Source: Laetmonice hystrix
Lineage: Eukaryota
Length of the DNA stretch: 64,000 nucleotides
Assembly: GCA_965235115.1 (NCBI GenBank)
Contig: OZ249436.1
Coordinates: forward strand, 70,370,001 to 70,434,000
Reading direction: 5' to 3'
The notes beneath the pieces are model-generated. The model had not been told where the DNA came from. It was given only the letters and a program-made list of their open reading frames with translations, and did no database searches. Below are positions 1 to 13,549 of the stretch, piece after piece; positions within the stretch are counted from its first letter, which is position 1, and each line of letters opens with the position of its first letter. The translations under genes were made by a program, and so were the position numbers.

Positions 1-612
1 AATATTAAAAACACATCACCAAATGCATTTTATTGTATAATGTCAACACCTCAACATCTGTGTATACCTTAGTAGTTAGGGCCAGATGTTTGCATTGGAT
101 AAAGGTCCCTCTCAGCGGCCTCATATATTGCATACACATTATATATGTTGTAATAAAGCACAGGGACTATTTGAACTCATCGAGTTTGGGAACAGAAAGT
201 GGCTTCCAGTGGAAAGAAACGTGCAGAAGGTTAGAACGGATAGCTATTTTAATCCATCAATGCCAACTGGGCGCCTTTCGTCTCTAGCCCTCTGTTTAAA
301 AGAACATTTTTTCTGTGGGTGTTGCTTACCCATGCAGATTAGGATATATGTTTACCAGTACTGGATTTCGCTCCGCAGCAAAAAGAAAAAAAAAGTACAT
401 TCATATAGAGTTACCTTTCTAAACCTTCCTCGAGCGAGCACATGAATTATTATTGTATAATATATGATATGGCCTGTTGTATGTGCGAGCCAGAGCCGAA
501 AGTATATCATTCCTGCCATCTATACACAAAAACAGGGAAGGGCATTATTTAGGTATAGGAGCTTTCTCTTGGAGAAATTCACCGTCCTTAATATCATCAG
601 GAAGCTTTGGTT

Positions 613-617
613 GGTTG

Positions 618-649
<32 letters not shown>

Positions 650-650
650 G
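613..650. repeat. (GTT)n-(GGT)n compound microsatellite
   Basis: Directly visible trinucleotide run. Confidence 0.95.
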
Positions 651-740
651 ATGGGGGGGAGGGCTCAGAGTGGCTGTTGTGTGGCTACAGAATCGTTGGG
701 TGTCCCGCGAGCACCGAAGACGCAAGCCGTATAATTATTA

Positions 741-1000
741 AGCGGCGGATCCAAGGGGCCTCCCCCAGATTTATTTTAAAATATGGCTTCCCCGGAACAA
801 AATTAATTTGGAAGGCCCAAAACGGAGGTTCCCGGTATCAGGAGATCAAATTTTGACTAAAGTGAAGAGCCCCGTGGTGGTCTGGCCGTCCCAGGGATGC
901 CTCTAAGCATTTAAAGATCATGGTGTTGGGGGTGGGTGTTGAAAGATACCCCCACACACACACACACACACTTTTGATATTGGCGGTACCTACGCTTATG
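741..1000. mobile_element. Degenerate GGCGGATCC-type MITE-like element
   Basis: Starts AGCGGCGGATCCAAGG, like the ends at 10161, 46680 and 47085-47185; right end unclear. Confidence 0.35.
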
Positions 1001-4000
1001 ATCGCGAAGCAGGCTGAATGTGTCGGTTACAGCAGTCGCATTTATTGCATCCATTCATACGACTCTTTATATAGAACAGAAAGTTAAAGTATAGGGCTAC
1101 ACAGACAGGACGTCAAACCTCCCGTCATTCTTTACACGCCCTTTATTAGCCGGATAAGTTCGTCATAGGGTCGACACCGGTCACGGCCGGCAAGGACCCC
1201 AGATGTTAAATTGCCGCAAAAAGGGGTCCGGCCCACTCACCGACGGATGGGAACATAGCACATGGTCAATTGCTAAAGGTTTTCATGTGCATGGTCAATG
1301 CAATGGCCATTTATTTCAGACCGGGCGAGAATCGACCGGGCATTGATTCACGTGCGTCACCGTTGCCCTTGAGGTCGTTGTTCAGATCGCTTCTATTATA
1401 TTTTTGTTTAATTTCGGACTCCTCTGTGCAATATTGTTTGTAAACGCCTGCGCAGATAAACGCCAATTAACTATGATGAGGGCCTAACAAGCCACGCCCA
1501 GTCTGGCTCAGTACTAATAACTACAATGGCCGAAGATTTGCCAAAGGACAACCAAGAAAAATAGATCGGCTCATAAAATAAAGGTAGCTTTAATTATCTG
1601 CGAGTAATTTAACTTCAATCTCACTGATTGCAATACATAACGCGATTACTATTTTCAACCAGAAATTTTCTTGTTCATTATTACTCAATGCGCATTCTTG
1701 AAAAGCCTGTATTTTAAAGGTTAATATGAATACAGGAATTATCTTTGTTACAAGATGAGATGAAAAACTAAACGAGTAAAACATAGTTTCTCGTCTTTTT
1801 TTAAAAAGATTCTCTGAAAGTCGGGGATTTTACTGCTAAATGCCTTCCTGAGAAGCACGAGATTCATGCTTCCTCTGCATGCACACTTAGATTTGCCACA
1901 AGGAGTGTTTCCACGTGCAACGACAACGTTTATCTCCTGGCCCCATTTCAACGCCCCCATCTTAATTGAAAGGGGGGAAAACTGTTCGAGCAATAATGGC
2001 TAAACAAATCAACCGTTACAGCATCGTTTTCTTTGCTGTTTTCGTTTATACCAAGTCGCTGACCCGTCACGTATGCACGGGAAGACAATAGGCCCGAGTT
2101 ATTCCAGGCAGACGTGTCCTATGAGGTGATTAATGACTCTCTTTTATCATAATCATCATCACCTTTATTGTTTCTCGTAATCTTCGCGATAGTCGTCACT
2201 ATTATACTTCGGAGCCCGTGAAAGAATAGGCATCGTCACCAACATAGAATGTAGTGTCACAATAAGCGGGGACTTTGGTGGTTTCCATCAGGGCGTGAAG
2301 CCAACTCACACTAGCCCAGGTTATGGCCATGTCAATACGGCACAACTCACCATAACTGAATTCTCCGGAGAGACTTCGACTATAGACTGCAGGCACCATA
2401 ATGTCCGTGGTCTGTGGTCCATGCACAGCAAAGCCGTGGCGCTGGCGTTATTAATATCCCTCTGGCATAATTTGTCTCGTCGCCACTTGGACGTATCATG
2501 CTAGCCGAAGGTATAAGGAAACGCTGCTTCAATCAACACAATCTTAAATATGATCCAGACAACCATGGTGTCTGAGGAGTTCATCTAGATTCATCGTGAC
2601 CACCCGCCATAAGGAAAAAAGTGGAGGAGAGAGGGAGGGAGGGAGGGAGAGAGGGAGGGAGAGATATGCCGGTATATGATTACAGTGTAGCTTGACTCAA
2701 CGAAAGCAGTGAAATTCTGGAATTCATGGGGGGGGGGGGGGGGGTACGTCTCTTGCTATAGAATTATGGGTCTTATATCTAATTCTGAGACGTCTTGTCA
2801 GTATTAATAGATGGAGCGTACATCGCAAAGATTTGCCAATGGTAGGAGGGATCGCAGATTCGGAAGGTCATCAGAGCGGCTCATGCACTTGACGAGGACA
2901 AGAAGATTTCGAGTGATTTTTTTTTCGTCCGGTAGAACTTATTGCTCCATCAAAATGAAACACCATTTTCATACATGGTGACAGGTCGCAAATTAACAGA
3001 GCTCATAAGAACCTAAATGAAGTATAAAAAATGTGATAGAGCGCATGGCTACATTTCAGACTATGAACACACGCAACATTTCAAGGCCTTCTCAAAAAAC
3101 GCCTAATAGAAAATAAATATCACTTGGTGGAGAATACCTTGTTTGCGTGACTTGCGAATATCACCATCAATCAATCAATATGAGACATCAAGACTAGTCA
3201 TTTTAATGTTTACTTTATAAACGCAGATTTGCGAACACATGCCATGGAACAGAAGAGTGCGAGCTGCGCATGTCATACGATAGTCGTATGGTGGTCAACG
3301 ACTGCTCCCTTAGAAAGACAAACTCAAACCACGCAACAGACTTCCTTTGTCCACGGCATCCTCTTCAGTTTAAGCAGAGAAAGGATGTACAACGTCGAAG
3401 CTCCTTAAAGCTCAATCGGATAATCCCACCATAATAGGTCCCTGGAAACCGATATAATAATACTACTACCATGCACGGTTATTATCGTATCGTTTTCTAT
3501 AGAACTTAAAGTCTCAAACAGGGAGCCGTCCATAAATCGCACGCCATTCTTCGTGCCGTCATTTAATTAAGCGAACTCGACTACCATTACCGTGTTTATC
3601 AAAATAAATCAAGGAATTCTCCATGTCAAACATAATCACGTCTGACAATCTTCAAAGCAAATTGGTGCTTCGTTATTATCTCCGATAGACGACAGACACA
3701 TGCGCACGTTGCGAAACTTTAAAGGGGTTGGCTGCCGAGTTGTGCCCGATATTAATGGTTCTGCATGACGTGCAACTGCGACATTCCCACGTGTTACTTG
3801 AGTTGTCTTGGGGCGACTGTCATTACAACATTCGTAACAAACAAGAAACTGTCGTTTGAAGCCACAATTTGTGGTTTTATGTATATATTAGACATGAATG
3901 ACATGACATCGCAAAGAGTGTTGATGGTATTATTTCGAATCACAAGGAATCCTGCTACAAAGGCACGCAGTCCGGATTGTTAGTTTTCTCACGCGTACGC

Positions 4001-5374
4001 TACACTCGTAGGATTACCAGAGGTGTAAGCGCCATAGAAAAAAATGGAAGCAGAAAAAGTGAAGCTGCTTAAAAACAGCATTTTAGCCAGTACGTGTCAT
4101 GTTTTATCAAGGAAGCGAATGAATCACCAAAGGTTAATTAGATTATGCCCTTCTTAATGTTGAACGGATGCGACAACTTCAAGTTGAGGAAGCGTCTTTT
4201 CCCAGGCAGTAATTAGTTACAGGAGGAGTTATATGCTCGTTAAAAGGCCAGTATGGAACGCTTGGCACCCCACCCCCCATCCCAACCCCCTCGGCGCCGC
4301 CCCACGTGACCAAGTTTCATGCAGGGAGAAGACTGTGACGCAGAGCACCAGATGACGTATGGGAGATGGAATTATCAGCAACCTCTCAGTTGGCCAACGC
4401 CGGCAGTGACTAAATGCGAGACCGTTTCTTCTCAAACTTGGTTTTGCATATGTCACTGTCTGCTTAGTCAACTACATCACGGCTATCTTCAATATTGCCA
4501 CCATCTGGGCTTATCACTCTAACATGTTAACATCCAACGGCTTATAGACTTATAAATCATCGCAAGTAGAAATCCCACCATGCAGGGGGCTTACTCAGTG
4601 ATATTAATACACAGCCAACACCAGGTTCATACTGAACAGTTGAAGGTAGTAACATGTTGGGTGCGATAGGGAGCATGTAGTCGAGGAAGTTTGTCTTTTA
4701 GGGTTTGCCGTATCCCTGCCTGAATTGATAATCTCACGCGATATACCCTGGTGCATTTAGTCAGGCAAAAAAGTCTGTTATTGCCGGATGTTTCGTGCTG
4801 TATCTAATTGGAAAGGAGACGTAAGTGCAGTTAAATATCCCTGGACCATTAACGGTTCCTATTGGTCCAGCGTTGCTATTGTTACAATCTCCCCCTGGTG
4901 GCGTGAATCCAGATTTCTACAGCGCGTCTTTTCAGTGGTTTGGGAATATGTAGAAAATTTTTCTCCCCACGTTAACAGGATTTTATTTGATCTCTGTCAT
5001 CCCTGCTTATCAAATCCTAAAGGCCCAGAGGAACCCATGCTGTCATTTCGTGCCATTAAATCAACATGCGTAATTTTCCCAATTATTTCTTTTCAATATT
5101 CTAGTAATCTACCTAGGAATGAAATCCGATTTGGCCGATATACATAAGATTGCGGATTAAAATGTGGATAATGTAGTATGATCCGATCCTCATCTGTCAA
5201 TACGGTCTGAGATCAAATACGACTTCGGATCTGTCAAAATATGTTGAACGGATTTTAAAAAACTGTTTGTGATCGACTGGTTTACGTGTAAACTCATAAC
5301 TCCTAACTTAGTTGATGCCCTTCATGCATGGCTAGCTAATATATTACTGGCCTCTGATTACAAGGGGAAAGTTT

Positions 5375-5392
5375 GAGAGAGAGAGAGAGAGG

Positions 5393-5449
<57 letters not shown>

Positions 5450-5474
5450 GGACAGAGGAACAGACAGACAGAGA
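5375..5474. repeat. (GA)n microsatellite
   Basis: Directly visible. Confidence 0.95.
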
Positions 5475-6058
5475 CATACATACAGACAAATTCTGCATGT
5501 GTACACATAATATTCTCCATGCATGTAGTATATGAAAGATATCAGGACTAGTAAGTAAGGCAGTACTAATTCTCTTCCGTCGGCTTCTATCCCAGAATAC
5601 TCTGATCTATGCTTACCTCCTTACCATTGACATACTTTATGGCATTGAATGTTTATCGTATTGATTCTGTTAACATCTGCTATCAGAAGAAAGCTGTGAT
5701 ATTCTGTTGTTGTGGTGTAATAATATCAGGTCGTTACGATTCTATTCCCAGAATAAGAAAGAAAGAAAAAAGACATCCGTGGGTAAGAATAGGAAACGCG
5801 TCCCACTTTCGAGTGAAAACAGTTAAATCAAAGCCAGCTACGAAATGTGGGGTCTTCACTCCGGATAAAGGTGGCTACCTGGTTTGGAATGAAAGTCATG
5901 AGAAATTCACCGGGGCTGGAAATACTTTTTGAGCTGGGTTTTTTTTCTGGCTGAAAAAGGGGGGAAATCAACATTTTTCCTGGCGTACAAAATGGTTAGA
6001 AGTCTTGCTCCTATGAACATTTACATTTACAACAATATCCAAACTCCACTGTTCCCTC

Positions 6059-6849
6059 ATCCTCCCACGCTCGGGGTTGAACCGCTTCCAGTGATTCCTC
6101 CCCTCACGACAGCCCACCTATTATCATCGGAGAGTACTTCGCAGCGTCATCTGCTTACGACCTGATAATTCTCCGTGTGTTTAGTGCACGGACCAATCAG
6201 ATTACAGCACTGTCTGAGGGGCGATTTATAACAATTAGCTTGCATTTCTGGTTAGCCAATAGGATCATCCCGAGTAAAGTTATTGTGGTCGAAGCAAGAT
6301 GGCGAAGCCAACGATGCCAGCAACGGGTAGGCATTAAATCCAGACAGTGGGGGAAACAACTTTGAGTTGACAGGGCTTCAAGAACACACACTAACTATAA
6401 TCCTATCCCGACCTTTAACGTTAAGCCACGAGCACGGCAGAGGCCGAGATCGACAGCTAGCCCCACGACACCGGGCCGAGCAGGCCGGTGCCAGTGCGGA
6501 TGCCAGCCGAAGCGAAGCGACGATGCTGAAATCAGGGGAGATAAAATTTGGAATTTAGCGTGTTAAACCGTATATCAAGTCAGAGTCCTAAACTGTATTG
6601 TCAGGGAGGGACATATTTGTGTATTGATGTCAGCGAACTGGGCAAGGCAAAAGCATGCTATCGGGCATTTTCACGAGAAAGCCTACCAGGAAGACAGTTT
6701 AGTGTTAGTGGCGAGTCTATGACGCCGATGCCAGGTCCTATTATAAATATTCATGAGATTGACCTCAAGGTCAACCTCCGACAGTTTAGCCTGGGCCCAG
6801 CTCAAGGGGTAGAATGCAGGATGCGCGATGCCCCTTGACAACTCAAGAT
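6059..6849 (+). repeat. Dispersed repeat family, copy 1 (sister at 14546-14814, inverted)
   Basis: 6059-6093 and 6665-6849 match the reverse complement of 14778-14814 and 14546-14735 (about 85-90% by eye); contains the near-palindrome GAGATTGACC-TCAA-GGTCAACCTC. Confidence 0.8.
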
Positions 6850-7703
6850 ACTTTTCCCTGAGCTTTGACATCAAGAATCACACAAGAAGTCTTGTGATGT
6901 CAGCATTTTATGAAAATACCAGTTTTATGCAGAAACGATGACACAAGCTCGTTAACACTGTAACTTACATTCGGGAACCCTCGGGAAAGTCCGCCACCTT
7001 CCGGTGGGTTCGGATTTTCACCTCGGGTGTAATGGACAGTTTTGTGTGACTTTGTGATGCGGCGCGAATGAATATGAGTGAGCAGGCAGGGGGTGCACAA
7101 TGCGCGCTGACCAAGTAATCCCCACAGCGTAATTGCATTATGCACTTGAAAACTGTCCGATAACCAAAGGAAAGTCGCGGCAGTTAAACCAAAACAGAGA
7201 GAAACATGCTCAACTCGGAAATGGCTTATATGCCTCCATTCGTCCCATCCGTCGGCCACCAACACTCGCTGACTCCCCGGGGCAGCTACCGACAGCGGGG
7301 AGACCGGCCCCCGGCCCCGCTGCTAGATCTACTGCTAGCGCGAAGCGCTCGGAAACTGGTGAGGCAGTCTAGGCGAGATACAAATTAAGGAGGACGTTAT
7401 TTCACATAACCCTGATCACCGTCCCTTCCGTGAACACCCACTAGAATTTTTTTATAGCGACAAAGGCCAAGATGGGAGCTGTGGAAAGCACATGGGTTTG
7501 TTTAGTTGTGTGACTACTTTCAAAAATGGCGACCTGACCTTTACGGCCGAGACATGATCTGCCATCTGTCGAGGTAGAGCCGAGTGTGTAACTTAGTGAG
7601 ATATACAGAAGAGATTATTAACGATAATTTTCATAAATTTAACGTTAAAAAATTAAAACTAAAAAAAACAAAAATCAAGAAAAAAAATATAAGCGAATTG
7701 TAA

Positions 7704-8520
7704 TTAACTTTTGATGTTAAAATAAGATAAGTTATTTACCGTTCTATTTAAGGTTCCAATACTACATGGAGTTTCAGACATGGACTTAAAATCGTTGGCC
7801 ATTTTTGGTCCTTGAATAAGATGCGATTTTTCTAGGTACACTGTTCTATATTTCGGTACATGATATACATATTTTTGCCTTGTATTTCTAGATGCAACAT
7901 CTTGATATTTAATAAAAATTGATACGAAATTTTCAGGCAGACACTCATTTCTGACTTTAAACATAAGGCCTATAAAAGCACCATATATTGGACTACTGTT
8001 TGTCAAAATTCTATTATAGTCCTTTTTTGCAAAGCAATTACAGGGATTAAATTACTTAACCCAAACTGTATTACCATTAATCATGTATGGCTATATAAGA
8101 CTGTAATATAAAGTATAAAAACTATCTGTATGTGATCTCAAAAATCTTTGTTATTGTAATATTTTTACTGATTTGTAAGGCAATATAGTTAACATGATGT
8201 TTCCAGGAGAGTTTTTCATCAACCATTTAGATTTCTATATAATATTCAGTAAGAGCTTGTTTATGTTGAGCCATTTAACAACGTTTGTAGTTCGTCGTTG
8301 GGGTATTAGTTCTGCGGGGAAATTTCGCTGTAGAAGGAAAGCACTATCGTCCGCAAATATACCTGTCACCAACATCGAATACACATTAGTTAAGTCATTA
8401 ATATAGATTAGGAATAGTGAAAGGGACTAATATAATATATCCTTAGGGAACCTCGATAGTGATTAGTTATCTGAGGCTGCTCTGTTAAATATCACGTATA
8501 TAATACATCTCGTGTTAGGT
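7704..8520 (-). mobile_element. Decayed 3' half of a CR1/L2-group (Crack/Daphne-like) LINE ORF2 (RT and C-terminus)
   Basis: Minus-strand translation with stops and frameshifts gives VP*G..., LFLIYINDL, GIFADD, KWLNINKLLLN, VDEKLSWKHHVNYIALQISKNI, LYYSLI*PY..GNTVW and RNTRQKYVYHVPKYRT..GPK, in the canonical RT-to-C-terminus order. Confidence 0.85.
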
Positions 8521-8543
8521 ACAGTATATGTAGGAAACAATCT

Positions 8544-8962
8544 CTGTTTCACCGGCATGACTTCTCTGAAAACCTCTGCACTCTCTATGTGATGTGTCAT
8601 TCAATTGCAATACATTCACATCGTTTCTTGATAAGATTCTGCCACAAATCGTTGACAGGTTGCACAGAAATCGGCACAGAAAAACCATTTTCGTAACCAG
8701 GCAACCATCTTAAATCGATTCAAAAGTTGAGTTGGTCACTATTATACTTTTTACCCATGAAACTCAAATCGGAAGATATGGGAAACATAATGGCAGATAT
8801 CAAGAGAAGCAATAGGCAAACCTGTTTTGAGGCGAACGGTCATAATAATTTAACGTTAAGCATCCCTTTTCAAGGGAAATACAATATCTAAACTTGTAAA
8901 CAGATTGAATTTACATCACATATGCCTAAGTGCAGAGGTCTTCATTCATGCCGGTGAAGCAG
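8544..8962. mobile_element. MITE with 17-bp TIR CTG(T/C)TTCACCGGCATGA
   Basis: 16/17 inverted match, plus a subterminal inverted CTCTGCACT/AGTGCAGAG pair; no clear TSD. Confidence 0.6.
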
Positions 8963-8974
8963 ATATCTTTTCTA

Positions 8975-10100
8975 TCTATATACTAATACCGTAAGGGGGC
9001 TGCGTTGTCATCGCTCTACCGCTTTTCCCTTTCGAAGCATCAACGTGAAAGTACGCCAGGCATATTTACAGTATTCCCCTGTTTGTTTTGATGTGTATTA
9101 ATATTTATTTCCTTGGCGCTGTGAGGCATTTTTGACACATGTTTCATTATACAACCGCCCGAACTGTCCGCCATTGTTGTTGTTGTTGATCGGTTACGAT
9201 AACTGACCTTGGCTGGAGACCTGCGCCCTCTGGTGGTGTGATGTGGTAAAGTGACCCCGTGGTAAAGTGACCAGGGGGTCAATTTACCACGTGGTAAATC
9301 GACCCCCGGGTCACTTTACCACAGTGGAAAAGTGACCTCCCCTGTGGAAAAACGACCCAGGTTGAATAACATAGATATTAGGCATAACGTCTTTACATTG
9401 GAATCTATCGTCATTTTCCTGCTTCTTGGTATTTTTCAACAGTTTTGACACCTGTAGTACTCACTTTCGCGACTTGCGCATATTTAAAAGGGCAAACCAG
9501 CAGATACGGGCGCTACCTGTACGCCCCTTGGTTAGGGTTAAGGTAAGTTTAGGGTTAGGTCTATTTGAATTAACACTATTTGCAAATTGCGCAGATTGAC
9601 AAATTGAGTACGAAATGTGAACAAAAACATCCGTTGGTATCCTTTCCATAAATACAAAAAATAAACAGAACAAGAAATGTCTTAACTTTTTCTTGATGGT
9701 CAGATTACCACAGTCAGTCTGGCCGCACCATGTCTGGTGCGGCGGTAGAGGGCAGCAGCAGAGGGCAGGTCTCCAGCCAACAACTTACACCGTTTACCGC
9801 AATCGCCACAATCGAGCCACTTTTCAACATAATTCATGTCAAGCCTGTGCCACGGACTCGACCCCCGCACCCGGCCGCCCACTTGGTGAGCCCGTTGATC
9901 TGTGCTGTATTCCGAGAGACTCTGGCCCTCTCCGAGGGGAAAGTTGTGTATCATTTCTTAGCCTCAGTTAGGGGCCGTCCGTTAAGATCGTACGCAAGGG
10001 ACTGGGACAGGGGGTCATTTTTTCCATAATTTTGTATGTACTTCATGGTCGACCCCTTTTAGCCCTCTTCGGTCCCGTGCGGCGCACGGATTCTTGCTAG
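8975..10100 (+). mobile_element. Non-autonomous Helitron
   Basis: 5' A|TCTATATACTAATA; 3' hairpin CCGTGC-GGC-GCACGG (10075-10089) then ATTCTTG-CTAG|T. Inserted between A and T. The internal sequence recurs at 58123-58715. Confidence 0.75.
9233..9714. mobile_element. About 480-bp insertion inside the Helitron (GGTTAGG-containing, possibly Helentron-derived)
   Basis: Absent from the sister copy at 58357-58367. Has about 7 copies of GTGG(T/A)AAAGTGACC in both orientations and GGTTAGGGTTAAGG runs. Confidence 0.65.
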
Positions 10101-10160
10101 TATACTAATATACCTGTCACACTACAGGGCCGATAAATTTCTGAGTGGGGGAGCGGCAGT

Positions 10161-10342
10161 CAGGGGCGGATCCAGGAATTTGCGAAAAGGGATGTCCCCC
10201 ATGCGAGCGCCGAAGGCGCGAAGCCCTGAAAATTACAGTGCTAAATACGTGGTATAGACCAGTCTTTAGGCCTATAATACGCTACAATTTTCTGAGGTTT
10301 CACAGGGAGCAGCTGCCCCCCCCCCCGCTAGCTGCGGCCCTG
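10161..10342. mobile_element. CAGGGGCGGATCCAGG-type MITE
   Basis: Starts CAGGGGCGGATCCAGGAATTT, ends poly-C ... GCGGCCCTG; related ends elsewhere in the window. Confidence 0.5.
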
Positions 10343-12288
10343 CACTATTTTCCCCATGCATTGCTTGCAGGTTTTGAAGTCGTGCGCTCAGTATTAGCCC
10401 AACTCCACATCCTATAGCGTTGTCCGCAATTCCGGCCGTGGTGGGGCAGGTTGCCTGTAGGTTCGGCTCTGAAATTATAAACGGCGCTGGTGGGCGTGCT
10501 GCATGTAACAGTGGGAAGCCAACATTATGACGAACGAGATTCAGAGAGAGACCGTAGTCATGTCCTGAAGAATGACACCACCCAGCCGCTGCGGGCCGTG
10601 CACGGCCGGGTGCCCATAACCGCCGTTTAGATCAGTCATCATACCTCTAGATACCTGCTTCTTTGACATTCTCTACATTTTCCAATAATTGGCCTTTTCT
10701 TTGTGGCCCAACTATTTGTACGCATGCAATCAGTGTTGGTCGCTTTGCCGCAGTGAGGTCATCACACTGTGTCGCCGAACAATGTGTATGCCAGACGTTA
10801 TCTTGAGTGTAGTCGATGCCTCGTTAAAGATGAAAGTCCTGATAACATCGATGCAGAACCCCACTGTGTGCGTGAACTCAATAGGTTGATCGACTGCTGG
10901 AATGGGAATGAATGCTTTCACCGTTGGCGCAGGGATTTGAGGTTTTGCAGTTCTTTAGATGCTTACCGAATTTATCGAATCAGTATTTTCCTTTCTCAAG
11001 TCCCAAATTTATCTCAAACTGATGCCACCATTCGAGAACTCTCTTTAATTTTAAGGGTAAAGTAAGTGTGAATAGGCTTTTCTCTTCTGCATCTGTAGGC
11101 CTACACACAGAGTAGCTCCTACATTCCTAATCCACTTCGTATAGGCCTTCTCAAAATATGTCCCGTTGCAATGAATGTAAATGAAACAGATACTTTTTCT
11201 GGTATTCATTAATTAATACAGGCAATGCAAAGAGTTAAAAATTCTAGGTTTCTCATTTGAGTATAGTTGTAAAGCAAAAATGACTTGGTATAATGTCATG
11301 GTAGGTAAACTTTTAAAACCTTCGCAATTTTACTCTTTTTTATCGAAAAAGTTGGCAGGCTGCACAAAAAGGCTCTTAAGAAACCGTTCCACTCCATCCT
11401 TTCAATTTTACTGCCAAATGATGGGCCCGTATATCGTGGATGTTGGCCCCCTCTGTCGGTGGCGCCTGTCGTCTCTCGAGATCACTTCCTGCTTTGCCAT
11501 CGTTGATCCGCTGACGGATAGCAGATAGGGACACCGTCTCGTTGACGCCAAGCCGCTGATCGACACCTTTTTTACGAAGTGGGTGGGTGGGTGGTTCTGA
11601 GTTAACGTTGCATAGCTTGCCTGCATTGTTGTAAGTGCTCGATGGTCGCAGCCACGGGACGGGACGTAACGCTGTGACGTAGCACGCCGTACATTCTATC
11701 ATTTGGCAATGTCTGGCGTCCGGGACAACGCACTGAGTAACAATTTGGCTACCTCAGCATCTGTTTGTGTGCCATTAGATTAGATTTACTGATCGGCCTA
11801 CGCGTGTCTTACTCTGTTCAGGATCATTGGGACAACCACCTCAGTACCCCAGATCGTAATAAACCCCTCGTTTAATGGCGTGGGCGGCATCGCCGAAATG
11901 AGCAAGCCTAGCTATAAATCAGAAATGAAAGATGATTCGATTGAACACCGTCAGCTAACGAGTCTGCAGTCTGCCCGAAAAGTGTCGTTTATGGCACGTC
12001 AGTTCGACTAACAACATGGCGGCGCGTGTGCAGCCAGTCAAACATCGTTGATACCTTCCTCTTCGATTAATTTCCAGTAATGACTACACGATCGTACGTG
12101 TGGTCTGAAAATGGAATATTCCTTCGCGGCTCTTAGGCACGCCTTGCAGCCTTTCATCATCGTCAGGTGCTACACGTGGAATATAGAGTTTAGGCCTATC
12201 GTTAACATTATCGAGAAAAGCTACGGAAATATCATTTTGATGTGACCAGGGACCCATGTGTACGTAGTGCGTAATGCGCAGTTGGTAA

Positions 12289-13307
12289 AGCTAGGCATCC
12301 ATAGGTCCGTATGTGCGTATGCGTAATGCGTATGCGTAAAGTTGAAATCCACGCAGGTGTGTCCGTAGTGCGTATTTCTAGCATCCATAGATGCGTAAAA
12401 AAATAGTGGTACGTACGCGTATATATCATTTTTTTAATACAAAATTATCAAAATTTCAGTTTCCAGGGAAAAAAGGTAGGCCTAGTATAGGCCTATAGAT
12501 CTAGGCCTATGGACCTGTTCAAAGTACGAAAATGAAAACTTTGTTGAGAGGGGTGTGAGGCTGACTAGGCCTACCCCTAGCATGCGGCCCATAGATGTGA
12601 CGGGGGGGGGGGGCGGCAGAGCTAATATTAGTAGCCTAGGCCTACTAGGTTTGGCTGCGGCTCTACGATGTAAAGGCGTAGGAAGCACTTTAAAAGTGGG
12701 GGCCAACAAGGCCATGCGCAGAATTTTTCATGGGGGGATTACAGTTTGGCGGGGGGGGGACTGCTAGGGGAGTCCGGGGGCATGCCCCCCGAAAAATTTT
12801 GAAATTTATAGTGTAATTTGGTGCATCTTAAAGCACAAAATAAGGTCTGAAATGTGAGAAAATACCCTCCTTCTGCATATAGACTTCCATAGACTTCCAA
12901 TGGCAAAAGTCAAGGGGAGGGAAAAAGTGCGGGGAGGGGCAAAAGATACTCTGGTCTCCCCTCATTTCAAATTGGGGGCCATGGCCCCCCTGCCCCCTTT
13001 TCCTACGCCCCTGCGATGTGAAGTAGGCCTAAAGGCCCTATTCGGACTCCTCCCAGGGCCCACAATCTGTCATTCATTCCGGGGAAACACCACGTTTCTT
13101 ACGTCATATATATGGAATTCCCCCTGCGTATGCGTAAAAAAAAAGGTCAGGAGGCAATCGCTTGCGTAGTGCGTAAAACCTTACGCTTCACGCATACGCA
13201 CTACGTATCTATGGATGCATGTCCATTGAAATCCATTGTGACCTTTTAATTACGCATTACGCTTACGCATTACGCATACGCATATACGGATCTATGGATG
13301 CCTAGCT
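12289..13307. mobile_element. PIF/Harbinger-type MITE, about 50-bp TIRs, TAA TSD
   Basis: TAA|AGCTAGGCATCCATAGGTCCGTATGTGCGTATGCGTAATGCG ... CGCATTACGCATACGCATATACGGATCTATGGATGCCTAGCT|TAA. Confidence 0.8.
12674..13013. mobile_element. Nested hAT-like MITE (GGCGTAGG...CCTACGCCCCTG)
   Basis: Short TIRs; flanking 8-mers CGATGTAA / CGATGTGA (7/8) fit an 8-bp TSD. Confidence 0.5.
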
Positions 13308-13549
13308 TAATGCGTAGTGCGTATTCACTGATCCCATGTGTCCGTCAAAAAATGATGCGTGGTGCGTCTAAGTGGGGAACTATGCGTGCATATATGTCAC
13401 AGGGGGTATCGACCGAAATCTTCAGTGATCTGCTTACCTGCTCACTACTGACGTACTTTATGGCACTGATTTTTTTCATACTTATTCTGTTAACACATAC
13501 TACAAGTAGACAGCTGTGAAATTTTCCCTAATTAATGTAGAAAAATGAA

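Noticed and set aside
2190-2590. Signal-peptide-like minus-strand frame MNSSDTMVVWIIFKIVLIEAA
   Set aside because: Stops after 27 codons, with no recognisable domain or splice support.
10730-11065. EGF-like SNPCANG and overlapping ORFs
   Set aside because: The cysteine pattern is not completed and the frame closes quickly.
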